This document shows positions 9,892 through 18,777 of a stretch of 64,000 bases of DNA, one piece after another. Source of the DNA: an uncultured Lentisphaerales bacterium (GTDB taxonomy: Bacteria; Verrucomicrobiota; Kiritimatiellia; RFP12; CAYQJG01); assembly GCA_964417715.1 (NCBI GenBank), contig CAYQJG010000003.1, forward strand, positions 48,370-112,369. Reading direction: 5' to 3'. Position numbers and translations under genes: made by a program. The notes beneath the pieces are model-generated. The model had not been told where the DNA came from and searched no databases. It was given only the letters and a program-made list of their open reading frames with translations. How positions within the stretch are numbered: position 1 is the stretch's first letter; the number at the start of each line of letters is the position of its first letter.

Positions 9892-12042
9892 TCATTTTCC
9901 AGTGCAAGTCCGATACACCCCGAACGGTTCCGCCGCCAGCACGCCATCCCTTGCCGTCACGTGTTTCCCGCTGCGCAGGTCCTCGATCCTCGCGCCCGGC
10001 GCCACCGCCACCTCCACATCCGCAAAGGCCCAGACGCACCGTCCGGCCTCCGAGTGCCAGACCACGCCGGCACGGTTGGGCAGCAGGCGCCGCGTGCCGC
10101 GCATGAACGGCTCGGCGCGGTTGAAGAGGGCGAGATTCTGCTTCCACCAGTCGGGGATGCCCGGATCGCGTGTGACGAAGCCGCCGTTCTCGGCCAACTC
10201 GCCGTAGAAAACCAGTCCGCGGCTGGCCATCGCCTGGAACTGGATCCTGGCCGACTCCGCGGCGCCGCGGGACGCGCCGCCGACGCTCAGGTGCATGTCG
10301 CAGATCATGTCCGGTTCGCCAGCCCACCAGCCGAAATCGTTTTGGCCGGCGACATCCTTGCGCTGCGCCATCTCCGCGCCCTGGAGATCGACGATGCCGA
10401 AGTTCGGGCATCCGAACGCGGAAAGGCTCTCAAAGCAGAAACTGCCGATCCCGGCCTGCTGCAGCCGGGCGATGAACCGCGCCAGGGCCGTGTACTGGGG
10501 GCGCATACGCTCGGCATAGTTGATCTGCAGCAGCCCGAGGTTGCTGAACGAATCCATCCAGAGGTAGTCGAGCCCACCCTCTTCCTTCCAGCGTCGGAGA
10601 TGCTCGAACGACCAGTCCGCGAAAGCGCTGTTCCAATCGGCGACGCATAGGCTCTGACCGTAGCCGCCGCCGGCCGGCTGCCCGACGACATCGATCATGC
10701 GGTACTCGGGATGCTCCGCAAAGATCGGGGCGCGCGGCGACATGTGCGGCGCCATCCAATGCCCGATCTCCATGCCCAGAGCGCGACCGCGCTCGTACAT
10801 CCGCCGCCAGGCAGCCATCCCGCCCCAGAACTCGGCCGGCCAGTGGCGATGGGTTGCGCAGATGCTGGCGCAGAGCAGGCCGCCGTGGATCCCACCGTCG
10901 AGCTTGCGGATCATCCCGTGCGCCGTGACGTCGCTCTCTGTCACCACCTCCGGCTTGAACCGCTTGAACCCGAGCGCGGCCAGGCGCGGCAGGATGTCCT
11001 CGGCATACGCGTCCAGGACGTCGGCCTGGTCCACCCAGACGCCGTCGCGCAGGGCGAGCTGCACCCGCCCCCTTTCAACGCGGTTCCGGTAGACATGCAT
11101 GAACCCGTGGTGGTAGGGCCCTTCCGGGATCATGCGGGTCGCGGCCACGCCGAAGCGCTCGCGGATTCCGCCGTGCACCGCCTGGGTGGTATCCCACCAG
11201 AGGTCGCGCGCCTCGTGCTCGGGCAGACTGCCCGGCGTGAACAGGATCCACTTGCTCGGCGTCACCAGTTCGCTGGCCAGCGGCAGGCGATACTCGTCGA
11301 CCACATGCAGCACATCGTCGCCGGGACGCGACTCGATGAGGCTGGAGAGCCCGTCGAACTCCGGCCAGTAGCCCATGAGCGCGCCGTCGGGACCGTGCTG
11401 GAAGTCGAAGGCCTGGCACATGCCGCCGCGCGGCCCGAGCTGAAAGCTGTTGCCGTGGAGCCGGCCGTAGACATCCAGGGTCTTCAGGCAGGCGGAGGTG
11501 AAATGCCGCTCCCGGCTGCCCCGCCAGACGGGCTGGTTGCACTGGCCTGGCATCAGAACCGTATTGCCGGTGATTGCGCCCCCCAGTTCCCACGTGGCGC
11601 GCACCAGCGCGCGGTGCACCTGCCGGATCGCGCTGTGGAAGCGCAGCCGGTAGGCGAACCCGCTCCACTCCCGGCCGCCGAGTTGCTGGCTGACCGGGCG
11701 AAGCTCGATCCGCAGGTCGTCGGTCACGGTGGCGTCGCTCGTGTCGAGGCGGACTTCGGCCTGCGCATAGTCGTCGTGGATCTCGCAGCGCCCCCAGGGC
11801 TGCCCGATGGCGTCGAGCCGCAGTTCCTGCCCGCCGCCGGCGAGTGGCGCGACCTCGCGCAGCCGCAACTGCGTGTAGAGGAGGCCGTCGTGTGTATCGA
11901 GCTGGAAGCGCAGCGGCACGCCGCCGTTCCGCAACGGCACACCGCGCACCGTGATATCGCCGAATCCGCGGAACAGTCCCGCCGCGGACACCAGCAGTTC
12001 GATTCGGGTGTGGTCGGAGAGAGTCAGAGTCTTCGTCGTCAT
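9892..12042 (-). CDS. Hypothetical glycoside hydrolase-like protein (clan GH-D-like TIM barrel)
   Basis: Start MTTKTLT after a GAAAGGA RBS; GMEIGHW...HPEY...LDYLWMDS pattern resembles GH36-type barrels. Confidence 0.55.
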   Translation of the reverse strand: MTTKTLTLSDHTRIELLVSAAGLFRGFGDITVRGVPLRNGGVPLRFQLDTHDGLLYTQLRLREVAPLAGGGQELRLDAIGQPWGRCEIHDDYAQAEVRLDTSDATVTDDLRIELRPVSQQLGGREWSGFAYRLRFHSAIRQVHRALVRATWELGGAITGNTVLMPGQCNQPVWRGSRERHFTSACLKTLDVYGRLHGNSFQLGPRGGMCQAFDFQHGPDGALMGYWPEFDGLSSLIESRPGDDVLHVVDEYRLPLASELVTPSKWILFTPGSLPEHEARDLWWDTTQAVHGGIRERFGVAATRMIPEGPYHHGFMHVYRNRVERGRVQLALRDGVWVDQADVLDAYAEDILPRLAALGFKRFKPEVVTESDVTAHGMIRKLDGGIHGGLLCASICATHRHWPAEFWGGMAAWRRMYERGRALGMEIGHWMAPHMSPRAPIFAEHPEYRMIDVVGQPAGGGYGQSLCVADWNSAFADWSFEHLRRWKEEGGLDYLWMDSFSNLGLLQINYAERMRPQYTALARFIARLQQAGIGSFCFESLSAFGCPNFGIVDLQGAEMAQRKDVAGQNDFGWWAGEPDMICDMHLSVGGASRGAAESARIQFQAMASRGLVFYGELAENGGFVTRDPGIPDWWKQNLALFNRAEPFMRGTRRLLPNRAGVVWHSEAGRCVWAFADVEVAVAPGARIEDLRSGKHVTARDGVLAAEPFGVYRTCTGK

Positions 12043-12053
12043 TGGCGTTCCTT

Positions 12054-13097
12054 TCACGGCAGGGACAGCGGCACGCACAGGTTCCAGGAGCGGGTGGCGT
12101 TGTTGAACCCGCCCGGGCCGTCCATGGTGGCCGCAAACAGGTGGGTGGGGAGACCAGAGGCCGGATCGCGCAGGAGAAATGGGCGCTCGAGTTGTCCCAT
12201 GGTCTGCACCGTGCCATCGCTCCAGGTGATGGTGCGGCTGTACGCCTGCGCCGGCCGGGCCAGTTCCCAGTGTTCCGCGTCGCGCGACAGGGCGTGGATG
12301 CCCGCGTGGTGCTCGCCGGTCAGCGTGCTCCCCATGTCCTTGGCAACCAGTTCGAAGTTCTCGCCATTGTGCCAGAGGAAGGGGTCCTCCAGCTCCGCGA
12401 ACCGATCCGGCCCGAAAAGCGGCGCATCCCCCGTTACGCGGTACGGGCCCAGCCAGTGATCGGCCCGCGCCAGCCCCAGCGTCATGGGACCATGCCCATT
12501 CCCCACGTAGCGGCGCGACTTGAAAATCAGGGTCACCGAGCCGTCGGCATGTACCACCGGGGCGGGGTTGGATGTCAGGTGGCTGTAGAACGAGGCGGGC
12601 CGGGTCTCGAGCACCGGCTGGTCGAGCCGCGTCCAGGGGCCGGTCACGGCGGGCGCCGTGGCCACCCCGATGCGCTTGCCCGCCCTGGCGGCAATGCAGC
12701 GCGGGTCGCTGGTCGCGAACATCGTCCCGCGCGGGGCATCGTCCAGGGGATGCGTGCTCCCAGTGTAGAACAGGATGTATGTGGAGCCACAGCGCGTGAT
12801 GGACGGGTTGTGCGTGGAGCGTCCATCCCACCATTCCGCACCTCGGCGTGGCAACACCACCTCGGCGAACGTGTACGGCCCCTCCGGCGTGTCGCTCACG
12901 GCCCGCACCACCTCGCTATCGGTCATCCAACCGGGGTGGAAGGTGATGTCGCGGGGCCAGCGGCTGGCAAACATGTGGTACCGGCCGTCTTCCGCGCGGA
13001 TCACCGAACCGCACCAGACCCAGTAACCGGCCATGGCAAAACCGCTGTCCCTGGGAACGGGGCCCTGACAGGCGGGCGAAAGAGGCGTGCTCAGCAT
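12054..13097 (-). CDS. GH43-like five-bladed beta-propeller glycoside hydrolase
   Basis: YWVWCGS, YHMFASRW, THNPSI, TSNPAP, LEDPFLW and LERP motifs. Confidence 0.8.
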   Translation of the reverse strand: MLSTPLSPACQGPVPRDSGFAMAGYWVWCGSVIRAEDGRYHMFASRWPRDITFHPGWMTDSEVVRAVSDTPEGPYTFAEVVLPRRGAEWWDGRSTHNPSITRCGSTYILFYTGSTHPLDDAPRGTMFATSDPRCIAARAGKRIGVATAPAVTGPWTRLDQPVLETRPASFYSHLTSNPAPVVHADGSVTLIFKSRRYVGNGHGPMTLGLARADHWLGPYRVTGDAPLFGPDRFAELEDPFLWHNGENFELVAKDMGSTLTGEHHAGIHALSRDAEHWELARPAQAYSRTITWSDGTVQTMGQLERPFLLRDPASGLPTHLFAATMDGPGGFNNATRSWNLCVPLSLP

Positions 13098-13104
13098 GAG
13101 ATTC

Positions 13105-15942
13105 CTATCCCTCCAGATTCTGCTGCCGGACCCGGTGCCGGTAACGTTCGACATCGAGCGTGGTGGCGTGGTTGAGTGTCACGGTCGGCCCGTCGCTCTC
13201 GCCGTCGCCATCGGGCCGGCAGGCCGTCACCTTGTAGGTCACGATCTGGCAGGCGGCGAAATCCAGCCGGGCATCGCGAAACTCGCAGGCCGTCAGGTGC
13301 TTTGCCAGCATCTCGTACGCCGGCGCGCCGTCCACGCTGCGGTAGACGTTGTAGCAGCGCCCTTCGGCGCCTTCCCAGCTAAGCCGGGACGATTCAGCCG
13401 ACGCGCTGCTTGAGAGGTGGACCTCGACATCCGGGCGAGGGCTGACAAACAGATGTCGTGCGCTCGACCCGCTCGCGCTCGGAGAGCGCGGGCCACCTTC
13501 AGCCTCAGTGGGTTGGGCGTGATGCGTCGACACCTTCGCTGCATCGCTCCGGCTGAGGCGCAAGTCCGGGCGTGATGCCGTGAGGTTGCGCGGGGCGGGC
13601 GCCGGCGGGTCCGGCCGCAGCCCCTCGATGGAGTATTGCCCGCCGGCTTCGGTCATGAAGCCGATCCGGTCCTCGCCCTCGGCCTCGTACGGAACCGGGC
13701 GTCGCTGGCCGTCGGTGACACGCGCACCCGAGAGGCCGCGGCAGGCAAGCCGGAGGCGGCCGCCCTTGCGGGCCAGGACGCCGATCCGCGTCACAGCGCC
13801 GTCGCGCCATTCCGCGTCGAACACGAAGTTTCCACGCGCCACCAGCCCGCGGAAGCGGCCGGTCGGCCAGGCCGCCGGCAGCGCCGGCAGGACGCGGACA
13901 TAGTCCTCGTGACTCTGCAGCAGCATCTCGACAACGCCGGCCGTGCCGCCGAGGTTGCCGTCGATCTGGAAGAGATACGGCTCTTTCCTGGCGAAGGTCT
14001 TGACGTCCCAGGGGCCGCGCAGCACGTCCCAGAGGTTCGGGAAGGTCCGGCTGCCGATCAGGTTCCGCAGAAGCCGGTGCGCGCGGTCGCCTTCGCCCGT
14101 GCGGGCCCGGCAGTTGAGGCGCAACGCCAGCGCCCAACCGCCCGACCCGGCGTCGTCGCCGCGCTCGTCCAGCGTGACCTTGGCGGCGTCCAGCCAGGCG
14201 GGCGTGTCGCGGCTGATCGAGGTGCCGGGGTGGAGCCCTGTCAGTTGGGCGATGTGCCGGTGCCGGTACTCGCCAATCTCGCCGTAAAACCGCTCCTCGG
14301 AGAACTCCTTCACCTGGCCAGACCAGCCTACCTCCACGGGCTGGTAGTGTCCATACTGCTCCCGCTGCAGGCGCACGGTCTCGTCCTCGATCCCGAGGAG
14401 CGCCGCCGCCTTGAGCAGGTCGCCGCCGTTCTCGTGGATCATCTGCTGGTCGAAGGCGCAGCCGACGGTGTGGTAAGGAAACACGCGCGGCCATTTGCCG
14501 CCGGTCATCTGCTCAGGCGACGCCGACCAGGAGGTGAGGACCTTCCCGTCGTAGTCGCGGACCGTCCCGGTCAGGAACCGGCTCATCCCGGCGAGGGCGG
14601 GATAGACCTGGTCGCGGAGCACCGCCTCGTCACGGGTGAAGTCGTACCAGTCCCAGAGCAGCTTGGTGGTGAAGCCGCCGGTGCCGGGCCCCGAATGGCA
14701 GGAGGGCGCGCTGATCTCGAGCGCCGTGCAGGCCGTACCCAGCGTCCAGCCGCAGCCGCCCGGACGCTCATCGACCAGCGCCGGATTGTGCTCGCGGATG
14801 TAGGCGGGCGCCAGCACTTCGGCAGCCGGGCGGATGGCCGCCAGATAGTCGGCCAGCGGTTGGAAGGTCTCGGCCAGATTAGCGCTGAAGGCCGGGTAGT
14901 AGTTCATCTGGATGTTGACGTTGAAGTGATAGTCGGCGCCCCACGGCGGCTGGTCGTGGCAGTTCCAGATCCCCTGCAGACCCGCCGGCAGCCCGCCCGG
15001 CCGCGAGGAGGCGATAAGCAGGTAGCGGCCGAACTGGAAGTAGAGGGCTTCGAGGCCCGGGTCGGCCGCGCCCGCTGCGTAGCGCCGCAACCGCTCATCG
15101 GTCGGCAGATCCCCGGCCGCCGGCCCGCCCAGGTCGAGCTCGACCCGTCCGAAGAGCGCCCGGTGGTCGGCCAGATGCCGGGCCTTGAGCGCATCGTACC
15201 CCTTGGCAGCGGCAGCCGCCAGATGGGCGTCAGCGGACGGACCGGGGTCGGTGTTCGTCAACTTCTTCGCCGGATCCGGCTCCAGGAAGACGCGGGGCTC
15301 CAGCCGATAGTTTGTCGCGAACGCGACCAGGATGACCACCGCATTCGCATCCGCGACAATGATCGTGCCGTTGGCGGCCGAGAGACGCCCTGCCTCGGCA
15401 AGCACCCGGATCCGTCCCTCGAAGCGCACGTTCGAGGCACGCAGGCGGCCCGACAGCCGAAGCGTGTCGCCAGCCGCGGTCACGGTGCCACTCTTGCCGC
15501 CGCCGTCCCCCGGCTTGACCGCGTAGTCCTTCACGAACGGGATCTCCGGAGAGACGCTGAACGAGAGCGCGCCGGGGCGCGACGCGGTCAGCCGGATCGC
15601 CAGCACCCGGTCGGGATACGATGTGAAGACTTCGCGGGTGTAGGTGACGCCGCCGATGGCGTAGCGGCACGAGGCGACGGCATCATCGAGCGAGAGGCTG
15701 CGCTCGTAGGCTTCCGCCGTGTCGCCGTGGTCGAAGCGCAGGTATAGCTCGGCGGCATTGTTCAGGCCGCCGACCGCGAGCGGATTCCAGAGCGTCCCCT
15801 CAGTGATCTGGATGCGCTCGCAGGTGACGCCGCCGAAGACGTTCGCGCCGAGGAAGCCGTTACCCAGCGGCAGCGATTCGCGCTCCCAACCGGAGGCGGA
15901 GTCTTCCGCCGGGTGCCGGTAGGTCAGAGATAGAAGCTTCAT
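13105..15942 (-). CDS. GH95 alpha-L-fucosidase-like enzyme with C-terminal Fn3-like domain (contains an in-frame insertion)
   Basis: LPLGNG, FQFGRYLLIASSRPG, LQGIWN, NIQMNY, SASPE, HRH and FQIDGNLG motifs. Confidence 0.92.
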   Translation of the reverse strand: MKLLSLTYRHPAEDSASGWERESLPLGNGFLGANVFGGVTCERIQITEGTLWNPLAVGGLNNAAELYLRFDHGDTAEAYERSLSLDDAVASCRYAIGGVTYTREVFTSYPDRVLAIRLTASRPGALSFSVSPEIPFVKDYAVKPGDGGGKSGTVTAAGDTLRLSGRLRASNVRFEGRIRVLAEAGRLSAANGTIIVADANAVVILVAFATNYRLEPRVFLEPDPAKKLTNTDPGPSADAHLAAAAAKGYDALKARHLADHRALFGRVELDLGGPAAGDLPTDERLRRYAAGAADPGLEALYFQFGRYLLIASSRPGGLPAGLQGIWNCHDQPPWGADYHFNVNIQMNYYPAFSANLAETFQPLADYLAAIRPAAEVLAPAYIREHNPALVDERPGGCGWTLGTACTALEISAPSCHSGPGTGGFTTKLLWDWYDFTRDEAVLRDQVYPALAGMSRFLTGTVRDYDGKVLTSWSASPEQMTGGKWPRVFPYHTVGCAFDQQMIHENGGDLLKAAALLGIEDETVRLQREQYGHYQPVEVGWSGQVKEFSEERFYGEIGEYRHRHIAQLTGLHPGTSISRDTPAWLDAAKVTLDERGDDAGSGGWALALRLNCRARTGEGDRAHRLLRNLIGSRTFPNLWDVLRGPWDVKTFARKEPYLFQIDGNLGGTAGVVEMLLQSHEDYVRVLPALPAAWPTGRFRGLVARGNFVFDAEWRDGAVTRIGVLARKGGRLRLACRGLSGARVTDGQRRPVPYEAEGEDRIGFMTEAGGQYSIEGLRPDPPAPAPRNLTASRPDLRLSRSDAAKVSTHHAQPTEAEGGPRSPSASGSSARHLFVSPRPDVEVHLSSSASAESSRLSWEGAEGRCYNVYRSVDGAPAYEMLAKHLTACEFRDARLDFAACQIVTYKVTACRPDGDGESDGPTVTLNHATTLDVERYRHRVRQQNLEG
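13379..13557. mobile_element. MITE-like element with an internal REP-like inverted pair, inserted in frame in GH95
   Basis: Terminal inverted repeats CTAAGCCGGGACGATTCAGC and CTCAGCCGGAGCGATGCAGC (revcomp), 16/20 identical. CTNAG at both ends, 174 bp apart. Adds 58 aa. Confidence 0.7.
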
Positions 15943-16020
15943 CTTTGTGTCACCCTTTGACTGTTACGCTCTCTGGTGGAAACCAACAGGCCATCGATGA
16001 TGACGCGGGTGGTCATGGGG

Positions 16021-16356
16021 TCAGTCCTGGTGGAACACTTCTTCCATGTCGGCCCACCACTCGCCCTGTTTGCGGTCACGGAGCGGTTGCTGGCAGGGCA
16101 TACAAACGCTCCACCACTTTTGCGTGGTCGGGTCGGCGGCCATTTGCGCCATATCCCTGGCGAAATCCCTGCCGGTGTATTCGAAGTAACTGAACAAATA
16201 ATACCGCCCGGCAATCTGCCGGAGATAGATCGAGTAGTTGCGGATCCGGCACTGCTTGATCTTCCGCAACACCTCCGGCCAGACGGCCGCGTGCAGTTTC
16301 TTGTACCCGGCGAGCTTCGACTTGCGGACACCGATGACCGATCCGTAACGTTTCAT
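16021..16356 (-). CDS. L-rhamnose/L-fucose mutarotase (RhaM family)
   Basis: YKKLHAAVWPEV, IRNYSIY, LFSYFEY and TQKWW motifs. Confidence 0.88.
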   Translation of the reverse strand: MKRYGSVIGVRKSKLAGYKKLHAAVWPEVLRKIKQCRIRNYSIYLRQIAGRYYLFSYFEYTGRDFARDMAQMAADPTTQKWWSVCMPCQQPLRDRKQGEWWADMEEVFHQD

Positions 16357-16358
16357 GG

Positions 16359-17636
16359 CTATTCCTCCGGGAGCTGCAACGGGTAGCGTCCGTATTCGCG
16401 GACAAGCTTGACGATGAGATCGTAGGCCGATCCGGAAATGCTGCTGGCGACGCTGTGATCGGATTGGAAGATCAGGCCACCGCCTTTCGCCGCGCGCAGC
16501 CGGTGCACAACTTCACGGCGAATTTCCGCCGGGTCGCCGCGTTCCCAGACCCGGATGTCACTGTTGCCGCAGAACCCGAGCCGGTGGCCATACTCGCGGC
16601 GCAGGTCGCAGACATCGAGGTCGGCTTTGGCTTCGAGCGGGTTGTAGGCGTCGAGCCCCATCTCGATGAAGTCCGGCAGGATGTGCTTCACGTTGCCGCA
16701 GCCGTGGTAGATCACCGGCAGGTTGTGCTTGTGACACAACTCGATCATCGCCTTGACGGCGGGTTTGAAGTAGGCGCGCCAGTAGTCCGGCGAGAAGAAC
16801 ATGCCGTTGCGGTACGCCACGTCGCCCCAGATCACGAAGCCGTCGAGCCAGCCACGGCCGGCTTCAATCTCGGCCTCAGCGCACTTGTAGTAGAACTCGC
16901 CGATGCGCAGGAGTTGTTGCCCGAACCGCTCCGGATACTCGCCGATCCACATCATCGTATTGAGCTGGCCGAGCAGTCGCGTGGTGCACTCGGAGGCCTC
17001 AATGATGCTTCCATACACGGGGAAGTCCGGATGCAACGCCTTGATCGTCTCGATCCACGCCGGTGAATTGCGCGAGAAACCATCGCCGACGCCGGCGATC
17101 TGGTTGTCTCCCGCGCTGTGGAATCGGCGCGGGTCGCGCGGGTCGTCGAATTCGAGCGCTTCGAGCTTCTCGATGGAGTCGGTCTCCCAGCTTTCCTGTT
17201 CCGGCATGGGCAGGTCGAAGCGTTTGCGCAACGTCGTCAGGAAACCGGTCTTCACCAGGACTTCCCTGGCGTCCTCCTTGAGTGTCTGGAAGCCCATGAT
17301 CCGGGGATCCATGTTCGGCACGGTCACGATCCAGTCGAGATCGTAGTGGTAGTAGGGACTGGCGTCCGCCGGCAGACCGAGTTCCTCGCGCCAGCGCTTG
17401 ATGAACCCGCCCCAGAAGAAATCGCTGATCGGCACCCGGTCCGGCTCCTCATGCCGCAACGCCTTGTTCATGCGCTCCAGCTTGGCCAACGTACCCGGCT
17501 TGCGGGCCGTGCCACCGCTCTTTCCGGCCGTGTCGAACATGCCGGTTCGCGTCGCCGCCTTGGTAGACTCATCCTTCTGCATTTCCGGCCCCCCCGTTCG
17601 GTTGTCCGCCCTGTCCTGGTCTGTGGTTTCAGTCAT
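16359..17636 (-). CDS. URO-D/MtaA-CmuA superfamily protein
   Basis: EPDRVP, WGDVA...FFSP, YHGCG, NPLE and GGLIFQSDH. Alternative start at 17582. Confidence 0.85.
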   Translation of the reverse strand: MTETTDQDRADNRTGGPEMQKDESTKAATRTGMFDTAGKSGGTARKPGTLAKLERMNKALRHEEPDRVPISDFFWGGFIKRWREELGLPADASPYYHYDLDWIVTVPNMDPRIMGFQTLKEDAREVLVKTGFLTTLRKRFDLPMPEQESWETDSIEKLEALEFDDPRDPRRFHSAGDNQIAGVGDGFSRNSPAWIETIKALHPDFPVYGSIIEASECTTRLLGQLNTMMWIGEYPERFGQQLLRIGEFYYKCAEAEIEAGRGWLDGFVIWGDVAYRNGMFFSPDYWRAYFKPAVKAMIELCHKHNLPVIYHGCGNVKHILPDFIEMGLDAYNPLEAKADLDVCDLRREYGHRLGFCGNSDIRVWERGDPAEIRREVVHRLRAAKGGGLIFQSDHSVASSISGSAYDLIVKLVREYGRYPLQLPEE

Positions 17637-18777
17637 ACGCACCCAGCGCCTTTCCCACCTGCACGTACCGGCGAATGTTCTCGAAGGGCGTATTGGCGCC
17701 GAGTCCCTCCTCCGTGAAAAGGATGTAGCCGCCGCCCGCTTTGGCGGCGCCCAGGCAGCGGATGACATCCTTTTCGACGTCATCCGGGCCGTCGAGAAGC
17801 ATGGGGTTGGTGACGCCCACGTTCCCTTTCAGACAGAAGCGTTTGCCGAAGCGGCGTTTGCACTCTTCCAGCCGGCAGTCGCCCATGGGCGGCGGCTGCA
17901 GCGGGTTGATGCTGTCGAGTTCGGTCATCTCCGCGCACATCTCCATGACCTGCAGTTCCTTGCCGCAGCAGTGCAACTCGGAAGGAATGCCCGCCTCGCG
18001 GCAGAACCGCGTCGCCCTGGCGAGGGTCGGCATGGCCAGTTCGCGGACCCACTGCGGGTTGGAGAGCGTGAGCAGGCCGGAGTTGCTGAACTCGATGTAG
18101 TCCGGCTTCTCGTCGAGCGCGCGTGCGAGGCAGGCCAGGAGCAGGCGCTCCTGGCGCTCGCGATACTCCTCGACCAAGTCTGGGTGGTCCATCATGAAGT
18201 AGGTCGCGCCCTCGAGCTTGCCGTCGAAGATGGTCATCAGGTCGTGCAGTCCGGGCAGGTGGGGCATGGATGCGGCGACCGCCCCGCGGTCGCCGAGGAG
18301 TGCCTTGCCCCTCCGCACCGGTTCCGGATCCCATTCCATATCCGCCGGATCGCCCAGGATGTGGTCGAGGTAGATGCGGAGATCCTCGGCGGTCTTGACC
18401 ATGCCGCGGGTGGTGGTCGGCACTTCGTGGCGCGGATAGGTGCGCTCGCTCAAGAGGACGCCGTCGGGGGTCGTCCACGTGGTGCGCTGGACGAGGTATT
18501 CGTCATCGCTGCGGATCAGCTCGGACTGGACCGTAGTCCGCCCGCTTCGCTGGCGGCTGCCCATGCGGGTGTAGAGATAGCCGTCGAAGTCGAAGGTCTT
18601 GACCATCTCGACCATCAGCGTGGCAAGGTCGAACCTGCCGTAGTAGTAGACATCCCAAAAGGTGGATTTCGAGAAGATCGGCGCGATCGATAAGATCCCG
18701 AGTTGCACCGGCACGCGGTCAGGCGTGCCGCCCCGCATCGCACAGAGGATACGCTCCTTGGAAGTCATCGGCATCAT
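17629..18777 (-). CDS. URO-D/MtaA-CmuA superfamily protein
   Basis: MTSKERI...TPDRVP, LHCCG, NPLQPPPMGD, LKGNV and GGGYIL. ATGA overlap with the upstream stop codon. Confidence 0.85.
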   Translation of the reverse strand: MMPMTSKERILCAMRGGTPDRVPVQLGILSIAPIFSKSTFWDVYYYGRFDLATLMVEMVKTFDFDGYLYTRMGSRQRSGRTTVQSELIRSDDEYLVQRTTWTTPDGVLLSERTYPRHEVPTTTRGMVKTAEDLRIYLDHILGDPADMEWDPEPVRRGKALLGDRGAVAASMPHLPGLHDLMTIFDGKLEGATYFMMDHPDLVEEYRERQERLLLACLARALDEKPDYIEFSNSGLLTLSNPQWVRELAMPTLARATRFCREAGIPSELHCCGKELQVMEMCAEMTELDSINPLQPPPMGDCRLEECKRRFGKRFCLKGNVGVTNPMLLDGPDDVEKDVIRCLGAAKAGGGYILFTEEGLGANTPFENIRRYVQVGKALGAYD

